A DNA stretch of 64,000 nt from a virus (Duplodnaviria > Caudoviricetes). Made by a program: the position numbers and the translations under genes. How positions within the stretch are numbered: the stretch's first letter is position 1; each line of letters begins with the position of its first letter. The notes below the pieces were generated by a model. It searched no databases. It was given only the letters and a program-made list of their open reading frames with translations, and had not been told where the DNA came from. The stretch covers positions 876-64,875 of the IMG/VR virus record IMGVR_UViG_3300010370_000038; one strand, written 5' to 3'. Below, piece after piece: positions 19,772 through 27,065 of the stretch.

Positions 19772-19773
19772 AA

Positions 19774-20364
19774 ATGCCGATTTCTCAAAGTAAATTACAA
19801 AATAGAGGTGGTAAAGTTGGGACAATCGTTGCTATGGCAGCGATTCCACCAGATCAAGAAAACTCTTTCATCTTATGTGATGGTAGGGGACTGAATACCT
19901 ATGTTTACCGAAGATTACATGCAACCATTAACAATACATATGGTGGAACTGCATATGTTGCTAATGTAACTGATCAACCAGGAGTAATAACAATATTCAA
20001 TATTCCAGATTTGCGAGGAAAAGTTTTAAAAGGTGCAGTGAATATGAGTAGTAATGCCAATATTGCTCAATATACTGGATCAAATACAATGTCAATGGAT
20101 GCCTATGCATTGCAAACTACTGATGTCCCATCACATCAACATGGTATAGATGGTGGTACAAACTACGCATTTACCATTAATGAAGCTGCCATTGCATCTC
20201 AGGGCAATGCTGTTACGTCCTATAGAATTTCAAGAGGCGGAGACTTTCGACCAAACGAAAATAGTGCTAATAGTATTCCAAATACTACGGGTGGTCATTC
20301 TCACACTGATGCTTCAACACTACAACCATCATTAGTGCTAAATTACTATATACAGGTATTCTAA
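19774..20364 (+). CDS. Phage tail-collar domain protein 2
   Basis: VGTIVAM...FILCDG...FNIPDLRG, HQH and HSH, LQPSLVLNYYI. Confidence 0.85.
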   Translation: MPISQSKLQNRGGKVGTIVAMAAIPPDQENSFILCDGRGLNTYVYRRLHATINNTYGGTAYVANVTDQPGVITIFNIPDLRGKVLKGAVNMSSNANIAQYTGSNTMSMDAYALQTTDVPSHQHGIDGGTNYAFTINEAAIASQGNAVTSYRISRGGDFRPNENSANSIPNTTGGHSHTDASTLQPSLVLNYYIQVF

Positions 20365-20365
20365 G

Positions 20366-21094
20366 ATGGCAATAAGATACACTCAATATAAAACTGATTC
20401 TGCAGCAATTGGATCAATTATAACTTGGCCAGGGCAAACAATTCCTGATGGTTATATTGCATGTGATGGAGCAACATATACTATCACAGCATCATCCAAT
20501 TTACAGTACAGAAGTCTTGCTTCCATCATCACTAAACTCTATAATGCTGCTGACACATACCCCACTGGAAGTGAAACTGGTACAGGAACATTTACTGTAC
20601 CAAATATGAATGTTGATGATGTAATTATTGGTAAGGATGGATCCAATAATGTGGGATCAAGAATTGGAAGTAATGCAGCAGCATTTGGAGAAACTCGATT
20701 AGCCATTGGGCAATGGCCACAACATTTTCATTCACTTCCAAGACAGAATTTCACACTCACAAACTCTCTTGGAGTAACAGCACCCACAACTCACGGCGGT
20801 GCAATCACTAATGCTCCAAGATGCCCCAATGGTCCTGCATGTATGGCATTTGCCGTTGGTTTTCGTGGTAGAGTTCCATGTCTGATTCGCCCTGGTGGTC
20901 CATTTCCTCCATGTGCTCCTGGTGGTACAACAAATGGACCAGCACAAGCAGGATCATCAGCAGCATTAGGTCCAGCAGTTACATTTAACACATCGATGGG
21001 AAATGCTGGATCAGCAAATCCATCAACACACTCACATACAACAAACCCAGTACAACCAACTGTACGCATGTTATTCTTAATTAAAGCATTCTGA
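20366..21094 (+). CDS. Phage tail-collar domain protein 3 with Cys/Pro-rich tip
   Basis: IGSIITW...IPDGYIACDG...FTVPNM, HFH and HSH, VQPTVRMLFLIKAF. Confidence 0.85.
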   Translation: MAIRYTQYKTDSAAIGSIITWPGQTIPDGYIACDGATYTITASSNLQYRSLASIITKLYNAADTYPTGSETGTGTFTVPNMNVDDVIIGKDGSNNVGSRIGSNAAAFGETRLAIGQWPQHFHSLPRQNFTLTNSLGVTAPTTHGGAITNAPRCPNGPACMAFAVGFRGRVPCLIRPGGPFPPCAPGGTTNGPAQAGSSAALGPAVTFNTSMGNAGSANPSTHSHTTNPVQPTVRMLFLIKAF

Positions 21095-21102
21095 GGTATT
21101 CA

Positions 21103-21708
21103 ATGAACGGAAAATTTGAAGATTTTATCGGAGTTTGGGAACGCGCATTACCCCAACCTAACTGTGAACGCATCATCGAAAAGTTTAAGATGATGAGAGA
21201 TCTGAGCTGTATTAATGGAATGGATGGAACGAATCAGTTTCCAGATTCTAATGCAGGTCGAAAGGATTATGCTTATAATCTACAACATCTTGATGACTTT
21301 TGTTATAATGATGATGAGCATACAAGAGATTTACCTGTACTGAATCAGTTTCTTTTACAATGCCTTGAGAGTTATGTAAAAGAATATGGAGTGATTGACC
21401 GCAAGAGATTGTACAGTCATTGTAATAAGGTTCAGCACACTCCTGCTGGCGGTGGTTATCATGTATGGCACGATGAATTAGGAGAAAAGGCAGAACATTC
21501 TGATCGTGTCTTAGTTTGGATGTGTTATCTGAATGAAGAATTTGAAGGTGGAGAAACCGAATTCTTATATCAGAAGAGAAGAGTTAAACCAACCACAGGT
21601 ACAATGTTAATCTGGCCAGCATACTTTACTCATCATCACCGAGGCGGATTGGTTCTCAATGGTGATAAGTATGTTGTAACTGGTTGGTTTCACCAGAACT
21701 ATGCATAA
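21103..21708 (+). CDS. 2OG-Fe(II) oxygenase, prolyl-4-hydroxylase-like
   Basis: GGYHVWHDE...RVLVWMCYLNEEFEGGETEF...WPAYFTHHHRG...KYVVTGW. Confidence 0.88.
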   Translation: MNGKFEDFIGVWERALPQPNCERIIEKFKMMRDLSCINGMDGTNQFPDSNAGRKDYAYNLQHLDDFCYNDDEHTRDLPVLNQFLLQCLESYVKEYGVIDRKRLYSHCNKVQHTPAGGGYHVWHDELGEKAEHSDRVLVWMCYLNEEFEGGETEFLYQKRRVKPTTGTMLIWPAYFTHHHRGGLVLNGDKYVVTGWFHQNYA

Positions 21709-22724
21709 CGCCAACGATACCCATAACAACTAATCCATCCATCACCTGCTCTATTCAAACGGTGATTGATGTTACCTGTGGCACTATAATCACCTTCACC
21801 CTTAATAAAGAATGAAGCCTCGCTAATGCTGTTGAATCTCAACACATTATCGGGGTTATTTACTTCTATGGCAATCACTGCTCTCTTCTTTTTAGCATTA
21901 CTAATTGCTGCTGCCTTCCGTGCAGATTCACTACTAAAGGTATTACGCTGTGCAATCTTAAACTCGCCCAACTTAACTTTATGTTCCTGATTATCATAGA
22001 ATAAGTACCAACCATATGCTGTCAGTTTATTATTCACAGGGCTCTTCAATGAAAGATTCACCGAACAATTATTCTTACGATCTCCCGACAATTCTTCACA
22101 ACAATCCGCCTGATTCTTCCATTCCTTATATTCACCAGTCTCTAGGTTATAACCATAAACACCAAAGCGACGATTCACACGACGTATAATATCTTTAGGT
22201 TTCTCACCCTTATATGCCCATCTGTATCCCATTGCCTGAAAGGTAATACCTTTAATACATGCATTGATTGTACCCTTTGCCTTATAATCACCTAAAGTAT
22301 TCGCAGCAACTCCAGAGGTCTCATAATCACAAACCCATTCACCTTCTAAGGTATAACAACTTACAGGTTTAGAATGAGGATGTCTATTCCAATCCTTAGG
22401 TTTCTTTTTAATACCTTCACCACCTAACGTACAGTTATATCCATTGTTATATGTGTCAAGTTTAGTAATCCAATATGTCTCTCTTTCATTGACTATATCA
22501 TCCTTACATTCTTCTATCACTCTAAACTTAAAGTTCTGAATACCATACTTATTCATTGCTTTTAGTATCGTCATTGAATGAGCAGAGTTATTCTCATTTA
22601 GATTAGTTAAACTCTTTGCTAACTGTACATGCTGCTTCCATCGATCATAAGGATTAGGTTTGCTAGTCTTACCCACATATTGTTTGTTATTGGTGAGGTT
22701 TGTAATGGAGTAGATGTGAGACAT
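21699..22724 (-). CDS. Free-standing GIY-YIG homing endonuclease (Seg-like) with NUMOD1-like DNA-binding repeats
   Basis: HIYSITN...YVGKT, RW..H, ERETYWI, NGYNCTLGGEG; repeats such as KPVSCYTLEG and RFNSISEAS...GYRWRY. Confidence 0.9.
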   Translation of the reverse strand: MSHIYSITNLTNNKQYVGKTSKPNPYDRWKQHVQLAKSLTNLNENNSAHSMTILKAMNKYGIQNFKFRVIEECKDDIVNERETYWITKLDTYNNGYNCTLGGEGIKKKPKDWNRHPHSKPVSCYTLEGEWVCDYETSGVAANTLGDYKAKGTINACIKGITFQAMGYRWAYKGEKPKDIIRRVNRRFGVYGYNLETGEYKEWKNQADCCEELSGDRKNNCSVNLSLKSPVNNKLTAYGWYLFYDNQEHKVKLGEFKIAQRNTFSSESARKAAAISNAKKKRAVIAIEVNNPDNVLRFNSISEASFFIKGEGDYSATGNINHRLNRAGDGWISCYGYRWRYA

Positions 22725-22860
22725 ATGTATTCGTGTGTTCTGTCTTATATTATGTATTTGCTGAGTTTGATGTTTTATTGCTATTGAGAATCAATAGTTA
22801 TTATTGAGAATTAATGTTTGAAAGAGTCATTAAATCCTCAGAGTTCTTGTGATCTAAGCG

Positions 22861-22889
22861 AGCGTAACATGAAGCGCCGATTTTGTCAA
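22861..22889 (-). promoter_or_regulatory. Minus-strand sigma70-type promoter facing the AT-rich tract and the GIY-YIG gene
   Basis: On the minus strand: TTGACA-17 nt-TACGCT, with an extended TG. Confidence 0.6.
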
Positions 22890-22913
22890 CCCCCACCCCC
22901 AAAAACATAAGGA

Positions 22914-23205
22914 TCTAGTCTAGAATCCCACACAGAATCTCGACGAGACATACACATAATTCTCGACGAGCTCTGAGCATTATGTCAATCTCGACTAGAC
23001 ACTTCATAAACTGTCACACATCTCGACGAGACATCATAAATAGTGCTATAATACTCGTGTACACAACAAATCTAGTCGAGAATCATGTACGACGATTATG
23101 CATACGAATATCTCGTCGAGACCTATGACATGGGCGAGCAAGATGCGCCTGAGTGTAGAGATCTCGACGAGGATTATGCGCGAGATACACATGATCTCGA
23201 CGAGC
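22914..23205. repeat. Cluster of nine interrupted palindromes TCTMG-W-CKAG(A)
   Basis: Starts at 22914, 22938, 22961, 22989, 23021, 23071, 23111, 23162, 23195. Confidence 0.92.
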
Positions 23206-23228
23206 TTGCCTACAAGCATTATGCATGA
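23085..23228 (+). CDS. Small acidic protein, 47 aa, carrying three of the palindromes (not in ORF track)
   Basis: MYDDYAYEYLVETY...DLDEDYARDTHDLDELAYKHYA*; promoter cassette upstream. Confidence 0.6.
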   Translation: MYDDYAYEYLVETYDMGEQDAPECRDLDEDYARDTHDLDELAYKHYA

Positions 23229-23260
23229 TATAATGATCTAGAACACACCCACAGACGATC

Positions 23261-23416
23261 ATGTATCTCGCACAGAAACGTAACGTAACTATCACGTTAG
23301 ATATTACGTGTCATGAGGATCTAGACCTAGAGGATATCAATTGGCGTGAAATGCTCAGGCTCGAGCATGATGAAGATATCCATGTTAGCATCCGCGAGGC
23401 ACCTGATATCTGGTAA
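23261..23416 (+). CDS. Small acidic protein, 51 aa (not in ORF track)
   Basis: MYLAQKRNVTITLDITCHEDLDLEDINWREML... Confidence 0.65.
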   Translation: MYLAQKRNVTITLDITCHEDLDLEDINWREMLRLEHDEDIHVSIREAPDIW

Positions 23417-23555
23417 TTCACAAATATTAATATTCTCAATAAACGCCACTTATTGAGAATTCTAATATTTACTGTGACAGTTCTAGAACTGTCCACTGTA
23501 TACCCCACTGGGTCTCCTGGTGGGGTATATTACTCTCATGTTCACAAATTCCTCC

Positions 23556-23714
23556 GTGAAAGAGTACAGAATTCGTGTTGAAACCAACGACGGTTGTTGT
23601 ACAATTTGGTATGAGAAGTCAAGGGCAAAGAATGCCAGTTCGATTATCTGCGATCGTGTTACAAACCAATTGATGGGTTTGAATCTCAAACGTGTGGAAG
23701 TTGACGTGATTTAG
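23556..23714 (+). CDS. Hypothetical early protein (GTG start)
   Basis: MKEYRIRVETNDGCCTIWYEKS...; downstream of the cassette -10 at 23526. Confidence 0.65.
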   Translation: MKEYRIRVETNDGCCTIWYEKSRAKNASSIICDRVTNQLMGLNLKRVEVDVI

Positions 23715-23801
23715 TATATCATGTGCCACATGTAGAAGTGGCACAGTAAATCACCAAACCCACCTGCACCGTGCTACATTACATTTGTTCCTGAGAAAAG
23801 T

Positions 23802-24029
23802 ATGACTTCCACCAACAACATTCGTGAATGGGCAGATCGTCAAAGTGTGCTTGAAGTGTATGCTGAGGTGATCATGGATGGCATGGACATGAAGACAATG
23901 GAGCAGTTCGTGTTTGATACTCTGTGCCAAAATCTTTCGGAGTATTCGAATGAAGAATTGATCACTGAGATCACTGAATCTTATGGTGAAGAGTTCTTCA
24001 CTGAAAACGACCTGGAACTTCCTGCCTGA
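23802..24029 (+). CDS. Acidic hypothetical early protein
   Basis: Own cassette; IMDGMDMKTMEQFVFD motif. Confidence 0.75.
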   Translation: MTSTNNIREWADRQSVLEVYAEVIMDGMDMKTMEQFVFDTLCQNLSEYSNEELITEITESYGEEFFTENDLELPA

Positions 24030-24038
24030 GTATAACAA

Positions 24039-24251
24039 ATGCAATTCCAAGTTACTGAAATCGAGTTCGATTTTGATGATGATGCATTTGATGATCCTGA
24101 GGAGTTTTGTTATAGCGATGCAATGGATCTGACTGATGAGATCATCGGATCGATTTGGGAGGCAGTTGATGGTGATGATTTGGTAGAAGAGATCACCGCA
24201 ATGGTAGGATGGTGCATCAAAAGTATTGATTACCGTATCATCCTTAAGTAA
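24039..24251 (+). CDS. Acidic hypothetical early protein
   Basis: MQFQVTEIEFDF...DLVEEIT...GWCIKSIDY. Confidence 0.8.
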   Translation: MQFQVTEIEFDFDDDAFDDPEEFCYSDAMDLTDEIIGSIWEAVDGDDLVEEITAMVGWCIKSIDYRIILK

Positions 24252-24327
24252 CACAAACTCATGTGCCAGTTGGCAAAGTGGCACAAGACCCCTTGATTTT
24301 TGCCCGAATCTGTGCCATGCTTAGCGC

Positions 24328-24498
24328 ATGATCAAAACCACTTCAAACCCCTACATCGCTCAAATCTACGCCAAGGGTCGGGACTATGTGCCCACCCCTG
24401 CCAAACTGGGGGAGTTCCCCAAGACCATCCACGGTCGCACTTTTGAGACTGAGGCAGAATACCGCGAGGCGATCGCGGACATGCTCAACGGGATGTGA
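24328..24498 (+). CDS. Hypothetical protein, 56 aa, probably leaderless (not in ORF track)
   Basis: TTGATT-17-CATGCT, then 6 nt, then ATG; MIKTTSNPYIAQIYAKG... Confidence 0.7.
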   Translation: MIKTTSNPYIAQIYAKGRDYVPTPAKLGEFPKTIHGRTFETEAEYREAIADMLNGM

Positions 24499-24579
24499 CA
24501 GTCTCCGAACTGTCCACCAATTGCCCCATTGCCCCTCAGGGGGTGCCATACTATTCACATCAACCAAAGGGAGTTCCCC

Positions 24580-24894
24580 ATGCGTAAGATTGAAAAGCAA
24601 ATGAATGCCGCCATCACTGCTGGCAAAGATTGGAAATCTGCTAACACTGAAGTGATCGCATGTTCCAACGTTTCGGATGTATTTTTGCACGGCAATCTGA
24701 TCGCCCGAATCGGTGAAACTTGGATCGAACTTTTTGACGGTGGTTGGCAGACTGTCACCACCAAGTCCCGCCTGAATGCTATTCTTGCCGAGCACGGATT
24801 GCCTGGTGAGTTTGTCTTTCAGAAGAACTTTCAGTGGTTTGTGCAACAGGAAGGGGGTGCAATTCCTTTCTTCTCTGGTATGCGTCTTGCCTGA
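24580..24894 (+). CDS. Conserved phage hypothetical early protein
   Basis: MRKIEKQMNAAI...VFLHGNLIA...GWQTVTTKSRLNA; GGGAG SD. Confidence 0.85.
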   Translation: MRKIEKQMNAAITAGKDWKSANTEVIACSNVSDVFLHGNLIARIGETWIELFDGGWQTVTTKSRLNAILAEHGLPGEFVFQKNFQWFVQQEGGAIPFFSGMRLA

Positions 24895-25061
24895 TGTTTC
24901 ACACTCTCACTAAATCCCGTTCCGCAAATTATCACCGCCAAAGTATGCTGAAACTCACCGCCTGCGCTCTGCTCCTGTGGTTGCTTTGGGAACCGATCCA
25001 ACCGATCCGTGCTGTGACAGCTGACGCACTGCACACTACCGCCAACCTGATTCACCGCTGA
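24894..25061 (+). CDS. Small membrane-anchored protein
   Basis: TGATG overlap, one TM segment. Confidence 0.6.
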   Translation: MFHTLTKSRSANYHRQSMLKLTACALLLWLLWEPIQPIRAVTADALHTTANLIHR

Positions 25062-25093
25062 CCCCTTAGAATACTGACAACAGCACCGAACCG

Positions 25094-25315
25094 ATGCAAC
25101 CGCTCAAGATCCGCGACGCTCACCGCATGATCGCCAAAGCAGGAGGCACCATCCACCAGGGGGGCAAGCACAACAAAGTGACCCACCCCAACCTGACGCA
25201 AACTTTCACCCTACCCCATAGGGGTGCAAAGGGTCGCCCGACCCTATCCCCTGGAATGACCGTAGAATTTAACAAATTTCACGCCATGATGCTGGCAGTT
25301 CGGGACGCTTCCTGA
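25094..25315 (+). CDS. hicA: HicA-like mRNA interferase (dsRBD fold)
   Basis: Basic 73 aa; helix-GGKH-x-KVTHP-x-FTLPH-x-LSPG-helix matches the HicA pattern with its catalytic His. Confidence 0.65.
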   Translation: MQPLKIRDAHRMIAKAGGTIHQGGKHNKVTHPNLTQTFTLPHRGAKGRPTLSPGMTVEFNKFHAMMLAVRDAS

Positions 25316-25386
25316 ACTGTCCACCAATCCCCCCAAAGGGGTCCGCTGACCCCTTATAATACTTTCAGATCAAACGAACCGACCTT

Positions 25387-25554
25387 ATGACCATTGAGCA
25401 GGCAGAGCAAATCTGGCAGGACTGCTACAACAGCGCCGACCTCTCCCTCTGGAATCAGTACACCAGCGCCCAGCGTCTGCAGGCAATCGAAACCCGCGAC
25501 GCTCATGCCAACGGTGGACAGTGGGGAATCTGGAACATCAGCGACCGCGACTGA
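25387..25554 (+). CDS. Hypothetical early protein, 55 aa (not in ORF track)
   Basis: Own cassette; MTIEQAEQIWQDCYNS...WNISDRD*. Confidence 0.7.
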   Translation: MTIEQAEQIWQDCYNSADLSLWNQYTSAQRLQAIETRDAHANGGQWGIWNISDRD

Positions 25555-25598
25555 CCCCCAGACCCCTTAGGATACTCTCAAACAAACGAACCGACCTT

Positions 25599-25781
25599 AT
25601 GGCAATTTTCTCCATGGCATCCGACCTCGCTACCCGTGAGGTGCGCTTTGTGCCCCGTAAGACTGAGACCGCACCCCAGAGCGTCTACGCTGGTCAGGTG
25701 CAGGCGCATGAGGGTTGGTGGTATGCAGGATGCTACGCTGACCGCTACGCTTCGGATGTCGTGCCTGTGACGTTCGACTAA
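25599..25781 (+). CDS. Hypothetical early protein
   Basis: Leader caaacgaaccgaccttATG identical to that of the 25387 gene. Confidence 0.7.
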   Translation: MAIFSMASDLATREVRFVPRKTETAPQSVYAGQVQAHEGWWYAGCYADRYASDVVPVTFD

Positions 25782-25848
25782 GTGGCACAGGGGTCCCCAC
25801 AGGGTCCCCTCCCACCCCTTATAATTCTTTCAGATCAAACGAAACGAC

Positions 25849-26118
25849 ATGACCGCAACCCTCAGCACCTACAACGGTTGGGCAACCTACGAAACCTGGA
25901 ATGCTGCCCTCTGGGTTGGCAACGATGAGTTCCTGTACAACACCGCCAAAGCGTGTGTGGAGTTCTGCTCCGATGATGAGACCCCGTGGGAGAAGTTCGT
26001 GCGCTGCATGACTGAGGGGCAGATCGGTCGCCACCTTGGCGGCACCCCTGACGGTGTGGCATGGGATAGCGTCGCCATCGATGCCGATGAGATGAATGCC
26101 ATGATGGTCGATCTCTGA
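25849..26118 (+). CDS. Conserved phage hypothetical early protein
   Basis: YNGWATYETWNAALWVGNDE...TPDGVAW motif; flanked by 39-bp direct repeats. Confidence 0.85.
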   Translation: MTATLSTYNGWATYETWNAALWVGNDEFLYNTAKACVEFCSDDETPWEKFVRCMTEGQIGRHLGGTPDGVAWDSVAIDADEMNAMMVDL

Positions 26119-26193
26119 ACTGTCCACCTGACCCCCACAGGGTCCCCTCCCACCCCTTATAATTCTTTCAGTTCAAACAACCAAACCAAACAA

Positions 26194-26628
26194 ATGAGCA
26201 TCACTTTCACCGCTAACTACAACGAAACCCTCAGCACCGAAACTGTTGAGAAGATCGAAGAATTGCTGGAGGATAACTACGCTCTGGATGACATGCTGGA
26301 GTTCATTGATTCCTACAATGAAAACGATTTCGTTGCTTATTATGAGGAATATGTCCGCTGTGGTGAAGCGATCGGTTATGAGGCAGTTGATGCTTTGATC
26401 GCAGAAATGGGTTGCGTTTCTTATGTTGAAGACTGCGACGATCGCTACCGTGGTTGTTATGACAATGAGGCAGACTTTGCCGAGGATTTCTACTCTGAGT
26501 TGTATGATGTTCCCTCTGCTTTGGTGATTGATTGGGAGGCAACTTGGGAGCAGAATTTGCGTTATGACTTCACTGCATGTGACGATGGCACGTCTTATCG
26601 TTCCTGCCACATCTTCTCTGATCACTGA
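26194..26628 (+). CDS. ardA: ArdA-like antirestriction protein (DNA mimic)
   Basis: Very acidic; YRGCYDNEADFAEDF...VP...IDWEATW...LRYDF resembles the ArdA C-terminal domain. Confidence 0.7.
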   Translation: MSITFTANYNETLSTETVEKIEELLEDNYALDDMLEFIDSYNENDFVAYYEEYVRCGEAIGYEAVDALIAEMGCVSYVEDCDDRYRGCYDNEADFAEDFYSELYDVPSALVIDWEATWEQNLRYDFTACDDGTSYRSCHIFSDH

Positions 26629-26671
26629 TCCTTTCCCCTTTCACATTCGTTCCCTTTACTAACACAAACTC

Positions 26672-26812
26672 ATGACCACTTCCGTGATGATTTCCCTGCT
26701 CAATCGTGCCACCAATGGCAACGAACTGCTGCAGATTCTTGATACTCTGGGCGCTGAAGATTGTGCCGCTGAGAGTATCAACGAACCGACCCTCAATCCC
26801 ATTCAATTCTGA
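26672..26812 (+). CDS. Small hypothetical protein, 46 aa (not in ORF track)
   Basis: MTTSVMISLLNRATNGNELLQILDTL... Confidence 0.65.
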   Translation: MTTSVMISLLNRATNGNELLQILDTLGAEDCAAESINEPTLNPIQF

Positions 26813-26819
26813 TAGTCTC

Positions 26820-27017
26820 ATGATGAACTTTGCAATCGCTGATGATTTTGTTTCCGATCTTATGGATGACAATGTAATTAATGAATGCGGTGGATTTGTT
26901 ATCCTTGATGATGAAGGTGAGATTGTACAGGTATTCGATTCTTATGAAGATGCAGAGGATTGGATTGCTGAGGATGTGGAACTTTACCGCATTGTGAATA
27001 ACAATTATTCGTACTGA
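26820..27017 (+). CDS. Acidic hypothetical protein
   Basis: MMNFAIADDF...FDSYEDAEDWI. Confidence 0.65.
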   Translation: MMNFAIADDFVSDLMDDNVINECGGFVILDDEGEIVQVFDSYEDAEDWIAEDVELYRIVNNNYSY

Positions 27018-27028
27018 GAGTTATTCGT

Positions 27029-27065
27029 GGGGGCAGGTATTATGCCCCCTTATGTTATATTTTTT
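27029..27065 (+). terminator. Probable terminator closing the early region
   Basis: GGGGGCA-GGTATTA-TGCCCCC followed by a T-rich tail. Confidence 0.6.

Larger units (their letters stand above)
9519..26163 (+). repeat. Family of about 16 early-promoter cassettes: inverted repeat GTGNCAS-N8-STGNCAC, a C/G-rich spacer or hairpin, then a -10 box
   Basis: Copies (palindrome start to -10 end): 9519-9577, 10453-10510, 11754-11812, 15634-15691, 16231-16288, 16425-16482, 22997-23052, 23474-23531, 23723-23780, 24263-24321, 24495-24552, 25014-25072, 25301-25360, 25514-25573, 25767-25825, ~26105-26163. The span is nearly constant (~58 nt) and each copy precedes an ORF. Resembles the early-promoter motif known from T4-like cyanophages. 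Confidence 0.88.

Noticed and set aside
22914-23205. Palindrome cluster as a mini-CRISPR array
   Set aside because: Units are only 11 bp and degenerate, spacing is irregular (23-51 nt), some copies are in coding sequence, and there are no cas genes
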